64,000 bases of DNA. Source: Bacillota bacterium. Lineage in GTDB: Bacteria; Bacillota; Sulfobacillia; JAJZIM01. The stretch's first letter is position 1. Each line of letters opens with the position of its first letter. The position numbers and the translations under genes are program-made. The DNA lies in assembly GCA_021810565.1 (NCBI GenBank), contig JAJZIM010000004.1, positions 13,300-77,299 on the forward strand. Direction: 5' to 3'. A model generated the notes under the pieces. It was not told the DNA's origin and did no database searches. It worked only from the letters and a program-made list of their open reading frames with translations. Positions 26,246-34,588 of the stretch are shown here, one piece after another.

Positions 26246-27254
26246 GAATCTCACCACCTTTGCTTTTGGCCTTGAACCACTCGGCAACCGTGATTTCGGC
26301 CAGCATCAACCCTGGCAGGTACACAAGGCCCATCGGGTTGCGGGGGGATACCCCCCGATCCACCAGGACCTTACCGCCGGCCGCCAGGAAGTCCACCGCG
26401 GCGGCCACGTCCCTGCCCTGGGGCACCGCGTCCGCCGGGCCGATCTTTTTCAGTAGGCGAAGCACGCGCATCGTAAGCACCTGCGCCGGCAGGCAGGCGT
26501 GACCCTCCCCCGCCGCCTCGGAGAGTCCGTGCAGCACCGCGGCCCGGATCCGCGCCGGTGCACCGGGAGCCACCCCCAACGCCTGGGCGAACCCGTCCGC
26601 CGTGGGAAACCCGCAACCGTCCACTTCCGCCAGGCGCCACGGATCGGAAGCCAACAGCACCTGCGCCCGGCCCTTGAACCGCTTGGCCGCCCTTTGGGCC
26701 AGGGCCGGCCCGACGCCGTGCTCCACCAGCCAAGCCGCATCCCGCTCGGTGCGCCCAGCCCGGCGCCACTTCGCCGCGGCGTTCAGGAGCGCCTTGCGCT
26801 GCGCCTGGGTGAGCCCGGGGATCCTGTCCACCGCACTCGGATCGGCAGTCAAGGCATCAAGGCACCCAGCCCCCAGAACCTCCACCACCCGCCTGGCGGT
26901 TGCGGGGCCCACCCCTTCAAACCGGGCGAGGTGCTTGGCGAGCCCCTCCGCCGTGCGGGGAGCCTCGGGCACCAAGGCGGCGATCTCCACCTGCCGGCCG
27001 TACTTGGGGTGGTCCACCCACCGGCCATGGACGCGAAAGGCCCGCCCCTCCGCATCCGGCCCCAGGACGTCCGCGTCGACCTCCCCGCTCGCCTTCAGGG
27101 TGGCGCCTCCCTCCCCCTCCAGCGCCAGGACGACGAACACCGCCCCCGCGTCGCGGCGGCTGGGAGCGGAGAACACCACCCGGATCAGGGTGGCAGTCAA
27201 AGACACCATGGTGTTTTCAGCGACTGCCGCAGGGGGCAATTGAGGCACCTCCAT
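26223..27254 (-). CDS. RecD/TraA-family helicase, N-terminal half (OB-like plus helix-hairpin-helix domains)
   Basis: HGRWVDHPKYGRQVE, FEGVGPATARRVVEVLG, IPGLTQAQRKAL, DPWRLAEVDGCGFPTADGFA, VYLPGLMLAE. It ends exactly where the helicase motor normally begins. Start uncertain (27254 or 27209). Confidence 0.75.
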   Translation of the reverse strand: MEVPQLPPAAVAENTMVSLTATLIRVVFSAPSRRDAGAVFVVLALEGEGGATLKASGEVDADVLGPDAEGRAFRVHGRWVDHPKYGRQVEIAALVPEAPRTAEGLAKHLARFEGVGPATARRVVEVLGAGCLDALTADPSAVDRIPGLTQAQRKALLNAAAKWRRAGRTERDAAWLVEHGVGPALAQRAAKRFKGRAQVLLASDPWRLAEVDGCGFPTADGFAQALGVAPGAPARIRAAVLHGLSEAAGEGHACLPAQVLTMRVLRLLKKIGPADAVPQGRDVAAAVDFLAAGGKVLVDRGVSPRNPMGLVYLPGLMLAEITVAEWFKAKSKGGEIHGEAAEG

Positions 27255-27259
27255 TGTGT

Positions 27260-27786
27260 ATGATCTGTGGACAACCTGTGGATAACTTGGCTGGGCTTTT
27301 GGGCCGACCGGTAACAAAGGACGAAAAATCGTCTTAGTGAACTATATGTAGTAGGTCTAGAAACAGTGGCACAGGTTTGGCACAGGTTCTGAAAAAAACC
27401 TGTGCCAGTTATCCACAGGCCAAGAATCCGCACGGCTCTAAGGCGCGTTGGTTATTTGTCGGAATTGAGTGTATGTTCAAAATAGTTTTATCCACAACCG
27501 AAGGAAGCCTTGCGGCGTGGGTTTTACAAAGTATAGGCTTTCTTTTTGGCACAGGATGCACAGGTTTTTTCCTACCTATCGCGCGCGCGCGCGCGCGAAT
27601 CAGGGCCGGAGAAAAAAAGTGGTTTGGCTAGAAAAGTAGTTGTGGCGAAAAACCCGTGCATCCTGTGCCAGCGCCCTTTTTGAGCCAACGAAGCTTAGAG
27701 CCATGCGGGTTTGTCTGGCACAGGTTCTTCATCCGAACCTGTGCCAAACCTGTGCCACCCGTGCCGAACCTGTGCCAGGGGGCTTG
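27260..27786. promoter_or_regulatory. putative replication origin of the element (DnaA boxes, iterons, AT-rich stretches)
   Basis: Perfect TTATCCACA at 27277-27285 (minus), 27409-27417 (plus) and 27488-27496 (plus), plus TTGTCCACA at 27266-27274 (minus). At least 9 copies of TGGCACAGG(TT)/(AA)CCTGTGCCA in two clusters (27366-27407, 27547-27566, 27655-27670, 27716-27778). AT-rich segments lie between them. Non-coding, and sits between helicase and primase genes. Confidence 0.6.
27580..27597. repeat. (CG)9 alternating purine-pyrimidine tract
   Basis: Read directly: cgcgcgcgcgcgcgcgcg, in the centre of the origin-like region. Confidence 0.9.
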
Positions 27787-29565
27787 TCATAGCGGGAGGT
27801 CGGTTCGTGAAACAGGGCCAGTTCCCAATCGAACTCCCGCCAAGCACCGCACCCGCTGGCCTTCTATCCGCGGTTGGACCTCCACCACGCCCGCCATCTT
27901 GGGCAGCGCCAGCAAGCGACGGAAGAACGAGTTCCGCCCGACCTTCCCAACGTTGGAGGCTTCCGCCCAAGCGACGTAGGCGGCATAGATGTCATCCTTG
28001 TTCTCCTGATTGCCCGGGTCTGACTCTAGATACTCCTCCGCCCAGGCGAACACCGAGTCCTGCGACAGCCGGTAGCGGGCCAGCTCCTCCTTGGCCGCCG
28101 CCGACATTGGCACCGCCCAGTTGTCCGCGCGGCAGTCGCGCAGCGCCTGCACCATCATGCGCAGCATGACCGACAGCACGGCCGGCCGGGCCAGCTTCTC
28201 GTCCAGGGTCCTGTCCGCCCGGTCTTCGGCGAAGTTCTGGCTGAACACGATCACGTGCACCCGCCGGAAGAAGCCCTCGGAGTGATCGTTCGCGGGCGGC
28301 AGCGTGTTGGCGGAGAAGATCGGCGTGGCATAGTTCCAGAACGTGAACTGCGCCTGGTACTTGCGCTCACCCCGGATCAGGTCGCGGCCCACCAGGGCCT
28401 TCAGCGTGCCGGTATCCTGCAGCTTGGCGGTAGGTATGTCGGGGCACACGTTCGCCAGCCGCCCCTCCAGGCTTGCCGCCGCGAAGCGGTTCTCCGCCAG
28501 GCTCTGCAGGGTCTCCCCCGCCACGTTCCACGCCCCCAGGACGTTGACCAACAGCCGCAGGGCCGTGCTCTTGCCATTCGCCCCGCCGCCCAGCAGCACG
28601 AAGAACTTCTCCGTGGGGATTTCCCGCAGGAGGCACAGGCCGCAGGCCCGCAGGAAGGCCTCCCGGTCGTCGGGGTCCGGCAGGGTGCTGATCAGGAACT
28701 GGTCCAGCAGGTCCCCTGCCGCGTTCACCTCCTCCGGTGAGTAGCCATCCAGGCTCCACGGAGCCGCGATCCGGACGGTGTTCAGGTGGTCGGGCGAATG
28801 CGGCCGGATTTCCTGAGTCTCCAGATCGAGGACTCCCTCCGGTACCACCACCGTGTCCCTGGGCGGCAGCCGGCGGTCCAGGGTGGTGGGCTCCATGGCG
28901 GCCAGCCCGGAGATGGTGGTCACGGCAACCCCGACAGCCGTATCGCTGACCGCCTGTTTCCAGGGCGCGGCCGCGCGGGCCATGAGCACCCGCACGGCGT
29001 GCTCCCCGCGCATGTAACGCTCCTCGTGGGGGTGATAGATCCAAAGCCCCCGGTCCAGGGGCGCCGCCCAGCGGAACGGCGATTCCTTGCTCCCAAGCCA
29101 AACCGCCAAGGCGGCGAGGTCCACGCCCTCCACACCTTTACCGTCGGTCACCCTCAGGACCTCCGCCGGCAGCCGCAACGGATGATCAGCCGCCCAGTAG
29201 TCGGCCGTGTCGGTCGCAGGCACGTCCCAGGGCTCCTGGGGCGTTTGCCGGGGCCCGGCGTTCTCCCGCAGCACCCGGGAGGCGGCCTTTACTCCGGCAC
29301 TCAGATCCTTGACGCTCATTCCAAAATGCTTGGCGGCCATCTTTATGTACCGCAGCCGCAGGAGTTCCGGCTGCAGGGTGATCTGCACGATCAAGTCCCC
29401 GAGGTCTTTTTCCGCCGGGGGCAGACCGGCCGGCAATGCGGCTATCCGCGCCTCCAACTCTTCCGGGGTGAGCACCGCCAGGGTCTGTCGGTCTGGCGAA
29501 GGACCAGCTTCGGCGCCCGGAAGCGGCTCCAGATTTTGTGGTTCAAGTTTCCCCTCTTCCGCCAA
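27787..29565 (-). CDS. D5/P4-family primase-helicase (phage/plasmid primase C-terminal NTPase)
   Basis: Walker A VLLGGGANGKSTALRLL, plus the typical VPEGVLDLETQEIRPHSPDHLNT segment upstream of the NTPase domain. Confidence 0.85.
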   Translation of the reverse strand: MAEEGKLEPQNLEPLPGAEAGPSPDRQTLAVLTPEELEARIAALPAGLPPAEKDLGDLIVQITLQPELLRLRYIKMAAKHFGMSVKDLSAGVKAASRVLRENAGPRQTPQEPWDVPATDTADYWAADHPLRLPAEVLRVTDGKGVEGVDLAALAVWLGSKESPFRWAAPLDRGLWIYHPHEERYMRGEHAVRVLMARAAAPWKQAVSDTAVGVAVTTISGLAAMEPTTLDRRLPPRDTVVVPEGVLDLETQEIRPHSPDHLNTVRIAAPWSLDGYSPEEVNAAGDLLDQFLISTLPDPDDREAFLRACGLCLLREIPTEKFFVLLGGGANGKSTALRLLVNVLGAWNVAGETLQSLAENRFAAASLEGRLANVCPDIPTAKLQDTGTLKALVGRDLIRGERKYQAQFTFWNYATPIFSANTLPPANDHSEGFFRRVHVIVFSQNFAEDRADRTLDEKLARPAVLSVMLRMMVQALRDCRADNWAVPMSAAAKEELARYRLSQDSVFAWAEEYLESDPGNQENKDDIYAAYVAWAEASNVGKVGRNSFFRRLLALPKMAGVVEVQPRIEGQRVRCLAGVRLGTGPVSRTDLPL

Positions 29566-29687
29566 ATCGTGCCGCCTCCCCTGCCACCCCGCGCTGGATC
29601 CCTATGGTGGTTCCAAGCTGGTTCCAAGACTGGTTCCAGGGTGGTTCTAACCAAAATTCCGTGACTGGTTCCAAGGTGGTTCCAACG

Positions 29688-29836
29688 CCGGAAAAAGGGC
29701 TTTTTCTTCAGCATCCACCGCCGTCGTGCCGAAGTTCACCCCCCGCTCCCGCCTCCGGCGGACCACCGCATAACGGAGGGGGCTGGAAACCCCATCATTG
29801 TGCTGTTTCTGGCCAAATCTATGGAACCTGAGTTTC
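29688..29836 (-). mobile_element. miniature, internally deleted derivative of the IscB element
   Basis: 29712-29768 is about 83% identical to 15168-15226 (IscB 3' end). It is followed directly by 29769-29836, about 79% identical to 16927-16993 (left-end hairpin / omega RNA 5' part). The ~1.7 kb in between is absent. Confidence 0.55.
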
Positions 29837-29844
29837 AGCCCGCT

Positions 29845-30684
29845 CTATCCGCCGTTTCCGAGCGCCGCGGCCCGCATGCGCGCGGCGACCGCCGGCTCGA
29901 TGGCCCCGACCGGGCTGAGAACCGTCCTAAGGACGCCGTTCATCCGCCAGCGCGCCTCATCCAGCGCCAACTGGCGCAGGTCCTCCGGGGAGTGTCCCTG
30001 GAGCACCAGGTAATCGTCCACGCCGGTCTTCGGCTGGCCACCCTGGGCCTCTCCCCACCTGGCGCCAGGGAGGCACAGCGTCGTTACCCATGCCGCCCCC
30101 GCTCTGCGCAGGGCCCCCGCCAACGTTCTCAGTGCCCAACCTGCCCCGTCTCCCTGCGGCCGGCCGGCGAGGTCCGAGTCGCCGACCAGGACGATTTTTC
30201 GTCCTTTCACACCCACCCGATGCCAGTCGGGCAGCAGTTCGATCACCAAGTCGGTGGTCGACGGGCGCCGACCCCAGTTCCACACGCCCCCGATCCCGAC
30301 GCAGGGGATGCCGTGCAGCGCTGCGCAAAGGGCCTTCTTCTCCCCCTCGGTGACCCAGAGCTCGGTCCCAGGGGTGGCCAGGGCCCTCTCCACCACAGGC
30401 AGGGCGGGGATGAACAGCCGCGGGGTGGTCCCGCGGGGCTGCAGGTACTTGGCCGGGTGACCATCGGCGCGAGTCGGCAGCGGCTGGTCCAGGCGCAGCC
30501 GGAAAAAGCCGTCGGCACACCCCGGGTAGGCCATGAGGATCCCGCCCGAGGCTACGTCCGGCCGGTCCAAGAGGCGCCGCGCCTGGGCCTCGGTGACGCT
30601 CCGCCACCCGTGTGCCTGGGCCACCCCCCGGGGGATACCCGACTCGGACATCAGTTGGTGGGCATGGGTGTCTGACAGACTCAT
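29845..30684 (-). CDS. Toprim-domain protein (DUF3854-like primase partner)
   Basis: LWVTEGEKKALCA (Toprim Glu) and IVLVGDSDLAG (DxD). Start at Met15. Confidence 0.7.
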   Translation of the reverse strand: MSLSDTHAHQLMSESGIPRGVAQAHGWRSVTEAQARRLLDRPDVASGGILMAYPGCADGFFRLRLDQPLPTRADGHPAKYLQPRGTTPRLFIPALPVVERALATPGTELWVTEGEKKALCAALHGIPCVGIGGVWNWGRRPSTTDLVIELLPDWHRVGVKGRKIVLVGDSDLAGRPQGDGAGWALRTLAGALRRAGAAWVTTLCLPGARWGEAQGGQPKTGVDDYLVLQGHSPEDLRQLALDEARWRMNGVLRTVLSPVGAIEPAVAARMRAAALGNGG

Positions 30685-30998
30685 GGCCGGCGCGCACCTG
30701 TGTAGGTCTTGGCGGCATCGCACCACTTCAGCGAGGCTGGAGCCGCCCCGTGCTCACGAAGCCACGTCAATATGTCGGCTCCTGCCAGCGTCCACTTGTC
30801 GGCCGGGAACCGGCAGACGAACGTGAACTTGAAGTCCTGGTGCAGGCGATGCGCCAAGTCCTCGTCTCTGGTGAAGTCCAGAAGGATGGACAGCGCCAAG
30901 TCGGCCGGTCCCGACCCAGCGTACCCCCATTCAAAGCCCGTGGGACTGTGGCGCACGACATGCCGCAGGGGCGCCCCGTCAACGGTCACGGCGCACAT
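30681..30998 (-). CDS. hypothetical protein
   Basis: The C-terminal 105 aa of the track ORF look globular. ATGA coupling to the Toprim gene. Confidence 0.45.
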   Translation of the reverse strand: MCAVTVDGAPLRHVVRHSPTGFEWGYAGSGPADLALSILLDFTRDEDLAHRLHQDFKFTFVCRFPADKWTLAGADILTWLREHGAAPASLKWCDAAKTYTGARRP

Positions 30999-31041
30999 GA
31001 GTTGTGCCCCCCAAACAGAGGGTTTTTCACCCCGTTGAGTT

Positions 31042-31335
31042 TCACGTTGATGAACCTCCCAACAGCCCGCTGTCCCGCAGATAATGGTCCGACCACCGCT
31101 GGGCCATCTGACCATCGGGCATTTGCTCCAGGTGCATGGCGGCGTTGACGGCGGCCCGTTGCCCCCGCTCGAACACCGCCTTCCCGTGCCGTTCCAGAGT
31201 CGCGGCATAGCCCCGCTTTCCCAGGATCCGCATGTACTCCCTGCCGCGGTGCTGGGCCACGGCGTGGCCGCCGAGCGGTGCCCCTAGCTGTCTGCCTCGG
31301 GCCAATTCTTCTTCCGTCAAGGTGTGCTTGGGCAT
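31042..31335 (-). CDS. hypothetical protein
   Basis: Start at ATG 31335 after GGGAGGTGG. 97 aa. Confidence 0.45.
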   Translation of the reverse strand: MPKHTLTEEELARGRQLGAPLGGHAVAQHRGREYMRILGKRGYAATLERHGKAVFERGQRAAVNAAMHLEQMPDGQMAQRWSDHYLRDSGLLGGSST

Positions 31336-31487
31336 TTCGCCACCTCCCACAAAAAAGACCCCCGGCATTTCCACCGGGGGGCAAGGAAGGAGGGGATGGC
31401 ATCGGGGGCCGGTCCCGCATGGCGGTGGTACGGCCCCCCTCGGAAGGCGCGAGGAACTCCCCGTGCGCTCCGAGCGGGGCCGCAGGC

Positions 31488-31655
31488 TCACTGCTTCAGT
31501 ATTGTTGGTACAGTACCCAAGGCATGAACGAAAACGAATATCAAGAATCCAGCCACGATAAGAGCACTGTACAATAGCAATACCAGTGTTATCGAGCCGT
31601 CGAATATGTCACTACAATGCGAAAGCCGATCTCGGATACTGCGTAGCATGGGCAT
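31488..31655 (-). CDS. small hydrophobic peptide (55 aa)
   Basis: Not in the ORF track (<60 aa). MPMLRSIRDRLSHCSDIFDGSITLVLLLYSALIVAGFLIFVFVHALGTVPTILKQ. RBS GGGGAGGGG. Lower-GC patch directly after a terminator. Confidence 0.3.
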   Translation of the reverse strand: MPMLRSIRDRLSHCSDIFDGSITLVLLLYSALIVAGFLIFVFVHALGTVPTILKQ

Positions 31656-31684
31656 GTCCCCTCCCCAAAAAACACCTCCACACC

Positions 31685-31724
31685 AATAAAAAGGCCAGGC
31701 CGGGCGTGCCCGGTACCTGGCCTT
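31685..31724 (-). terminator. rho-independent terminator
   Basis: AAGGCCAGG/CCTGGCCTT stem followed on the minus strand by TTTTATT, 14 nt after the stop of 31738..32502. Confidence 0.6.
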
Positions 31725-31737
31725 CGGCGGCTATTGG

Positions 31738-32502
31738 CTAAAGCGGCAGGCCGCTGGCCTGCTGCCCCGCCTCCACCGTCCCGATATCGTCCTGATCCAC
31801 GTCCACCAGGGAGGCTTGCAGCCACCCGTGGATCATGCCCCGCCCGGCCTGTATGCGGGCCACGAGCTCCGCCTGCTGGGCGGGCGGCACCGGGGCATCC
31901 CCGTGGATTTGGAGTACCCCGTAGGCCTTCTCCTCGCCGGTCTCCCGCTTCACCTTGAGCGTCACCCGCACGGTGGGATACTTGATGCCCTTGGTGATCA
32001 GCTTGTTCTTCCAGTCCTCCACGATGCGCACACTGGTCGGCGGGGCCGCCACGATCACGGGCAGCGCGTCCCCGTCCCGCAGCACCATCAGGAGGCGCTT
32101 CTCACGGCAGGCCTTGCCCTTGGTCCGGACTCCGGCGTCGTTGGTGGCACTGCCCCAGTTGTTCTGGGGGCAGGTGGCGCAGGCAACGTAGTCCCTGGTG
32201 TCCAGGTTGATCCCGAAGTCGGGGTTCACCCGGTTCGACAGGACGCACACCGGAACCCGGCGGCCCGTGTCGGGGTCAGGCACCGAGTAGCGGCGGGCCT
32301 TGCGGATGGCGATGATGTGGCCCTCCATCTGCAGCAGGGGCTGCTCCTCGGCCTCGGACACGAACCCGAACTCCTTCACGGCGAACCACATGGGCCGCCA
32401 GGTCGTGTCGTCGTAGCCGGACAGCACGTTGTCGATGGTCTCGTCGATGTTGGCCGGAGAGTTGTTGTCCACCTGAGCCAGGGCAGTCGCGGTCTTGGAC
32501 AT
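31738..32502 (-). CDS. hypothetical protein of the replication module (possible ssDNA-binding role)
   Basis: 254 aa with an acidic C-terminal region, inside the replication gene block. No family recognised with confidence. Confidence 0.55.
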   Translation of the reverse strand: MSKTATALAQVDNNSPANIDETIDNVLSGYDDTTWRPMWFAVKEFGFVSEAEEQPLLQMEGHIIAIRKARRYSVPDPDTGRRVPVCVLSNRVNPDFGINLDTRDYVACATCPQNNWGSATNDAGVRTKGKACREKRLLMVLRDGDALPVIVAAPPTSVRIVEDWKNKLITKGIKYPTVRVTLKVKRETGEEKAYGVLQIHGDAPVPPAQQAELVARIQAGRGMIHGWLQASLVDVDQDDIGTVEAGQQASGLPL

Positions 32503-32606
32503 GTTGGAATCCTCCTTGTTGGGCTTGACATTGTGGTAGGGGGGCGATTGGTGGTTGTGCCGCCTGGGTCACCTCCTCGCTCCGGATTTGCCGCCCCGCG
32601 TCCCGA

Positions 32607-32639
32607 ATCAAAAACCCCGCGCTTGGGGGCGCGGGGTTT
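32607..32639 (-). terminator. rho-independent terminator
   Basis: AAACCCCGCGC/GCGCGGGGTTT stem followed on the minus strand by TTTTT. Confidence 0.6.
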
Positions 32640-32676
32640 CGCTGTCTAGCAGTATGTCGATAGATTGAATCGGCGC

Positions 32677-33459
32677 TCAGGGAGGGAGGACAACCCCACG
32701 GTTTTTTTCCGCGTCAGTGCGAATGCTACGGCTAAAGGAAGTAGCCACCCTGGTTTTGCCCCTGATTACATTAGCCGATTCCACTGGTTGATTCCGCATA
32801 ATATTTGCCTTGCCAACGATTTTCGCGGGGGCAAAAATAGCATCGCGGATTCTGGCCACATCTCCTTTGGAGAGCCCCCGCCAGCCGACACCGGTCGTAA
32901 CTCTTAGAATACTGTCCCAGATGGCGGGGTCCAGGGTCTTTTGATCCAGATGGTCGATCTCCAAGTATGTGCGTAGACGATTGCGGAAAGATCGAATTTC
33001 GGCGAGACTCAGATCCGGATCTTCATTGCAGATGAGCCTAGTTCCGATGTTCAGGAGGTAATCAGCGAGTCGTGCCCGTCGCACCTGATGCTCAAACATT
33101 CTGCGGCTGTCCTCAATTGTTTCGGCCCCGTCTAAGATTAGGAACCGTTTGATGCAATCTCCGCCTACCCAAGCTTCCCCTCCATTTATCACATTGCGAA
33201 TCCGATAGACATGTTTAAGATTGGCCTCATTGCAAAGCTCGCAGCGTTCCGGGAACTCAACCACTCCATCGTCCAGATACTCTCCGGTGTACTTCCATTC
33301 CCGCTGAGCTGCTTCCCATGTGTTGCCGGCACTCAGATCAATGAGGATGTTTTTGGCGCGGGGAGGCCGGGCAGGGATGTCGTGGGCAACTTCAGCAGCA
33401 AGTTGTCTCAAGTAAAATCCCTCCTTCCGGTGGTGTTCTTGACTGGTACCAACAAGCAC
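32677..33459 (-). CDS. hypothetical protein (lower-GC accessory gene)
   Basis: 260 aa. CELC...GGDC possible metal site. GC clearly lower than its neighbours. Own terminator. Alternative TTG start at 33411 after GGAAGGAGGG. Confidence 0.55.
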   Translation of the reverse strand: MLVGTSQEHHRKEGFYLRQLAAEVAHDIPARPPRAKNILIDLSAGNTWEAAQREWKYTGEYLDDGVVEFPERCELCNEANLKHVYRIRNVINGGEAWVGGDCIKRFLILDGAETIEDSRRMFEHQVRRARLADYLLNIGTRLICNEDPDLSLAEIRSFRNRLRTYLEIDHLDQKTLDPAIWDSILRVTTGVGWRGLSKGDVARIRDAIFAPAKIVGKANIMRNQPVESANVIRGKTRVATSFSRSIRTDAEKNRGVVLPP

Positions 33460-33532
33460 ACCTCCTCTCAGGACCTGGCTAACTCAACCCAGTCTTCTCC
33501 ATCTACCTTGAGATTTCCTGTCTCCCAACGGC

Positions 33533-34564
33533 CTACACGAAGATCTCGTTGCACCTTTCCCGAAAGGCACATCCCCTGCACCCGAACTTGTTCACCGGGT
33601 TGGGGTAGAAATTTCCCCTGGCGGCGGCCTGCATCACCCCCTCCACGATGCGCTTGAACCGGTCGTAGTCGGTACCATTGCGGGCCGTGGTCAGTTCCAG
33701 GTACTCCGGGGGCCTGGGACCGTGCCGGTCCGGTCCACGCCGGATCAGGTAGTCGAAGGCGATCCCCCGCTCCGGCTCCCCCAAGAGCTCCCGGTAGGCC
33801 ATGGACAGCGCCGTGGCCTGAAGGTTGGAGTCCAGGTCACCGGCGGACGGCTTGCGCTTCGTGGTCTTGGTGTCCCGCACCATGCCGTCGGCGCCGATCA
33901 CGTCCACCACCACCGTCATCGTGGCGTCCCCCGCCCGGACCTCCACCCGCTGCTCCACGGCCACGGGGTTCACCCGGGCGGCCACCTCGCGGGCGTACAG
34001 GGCCAACATTGCCCGCCCCTCCTCCGCCAGGGCCTCCGGGTCGGGCGGTTCCTCGTCTCCATTGAGCGGAGGCCGCGCCCCCTCCAGTTCGGCGGCCAGG
34101 TCCAGGGGGATCTGCTGGGCGGCCTGCGCCAAAGGCGCCCCCTGGTACAGGACCTCGATGGCCCGGTGAACGGCGTGACCCAACGCCGCCTCCGGCGAGG
34201 CAGGCTCCTTTTCCGACGGGGCCACGTGGCGGAACCAGTAGAGCGCGGGGCAGCGCAGGTAGTCCTGGATTCTGCTGGTTGACCAGTTGGGTTCGGTGTC
34301 GTGGGACGCCTCCTGGGCAAACTCGCTCAGCAGGGCGTCGGGAGTGCCCATCAGGACATGCGGGTCCATCCTCAGGGCATCAGTCAGCGCAATCAGGTGC
34401 CGGCCCCTTGGCTCCGTCCCGCGCATGTAGCGGCGGATCGAGGCCGCGGATATGCCGGTGGCAGCAGCCAGTTGGCGCACGGACAGGTGCTCCTGGGCCA
34501 TGGTGCCGCGCAGTCGGGCGGCGAAATCGGCGGTCGGCGCGTTGGTGAGAGCGGAAATGGACAT
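33533..34564 (-). CDS. HTH domain fused to a Cas4/RecB-like PD-(D/E)XK nuclease with Fe-S cysteines
   Basis: N-terminal HTH LSVRQLAAATGISAASIRRYMRG. Nuclease part: YLRCP, VVDVIGADGMVRDTKTTK, QATALSMAY, CRGCAFRERC. Start at ATG 34564 after GGAGGTGAT. Confidence 0.75.
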   Translation of the reverse strand: MSISALTNAPTADFAARLRGTMAQEHLSVRQLAAATGISAASIRRYMRGTEPRGRHLIALTDALRMDPHVLMGTPDALLSEFAQEASHDTEPNWSTSRIQDYLRCPALYWFRHVAPSEKEPASPEAALGHAVHRAIEVLYQGAPLAQAAQQIPLDLAAELEGARPPLNGDEEPPDPEALAEEGRAMLALYAREVAARVNPVAVEQRVEVRAGDATMTVVVDVIGADGMVRDTKTTKRKPSAGDLDSNLQATALSMAYRELLGEPERGIAFDYLIRRGPDRHGPRPPEYLELTTARNGTDYDRFKRIVEGVMQAAARGNFYPNPVNKFGCRGCAFRERCNEIFV

Positions 34565-34588
34565 GCGGATCACCTCCCATTTTTTGCG

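Noticed and set aside
27377-27631. 84-aa plus ORF (and 27656..27979, 27711..28169) inside the origin-like region
   Set aside because: TTG or weak starts with no RBS. The translation is dictated by the repeats and the (CG)9 tract (IARARARI). The region is better explained as non-coding.
27360-27780. Possible CRISPR array suggested by the many short repeats
   Set aside because: The repeats are only 9-11 nt, occur in both orientations with irregular spacing and lie next to DnaA boxes. That fits iterons, not repeat-spacer units. No cas genes are present.
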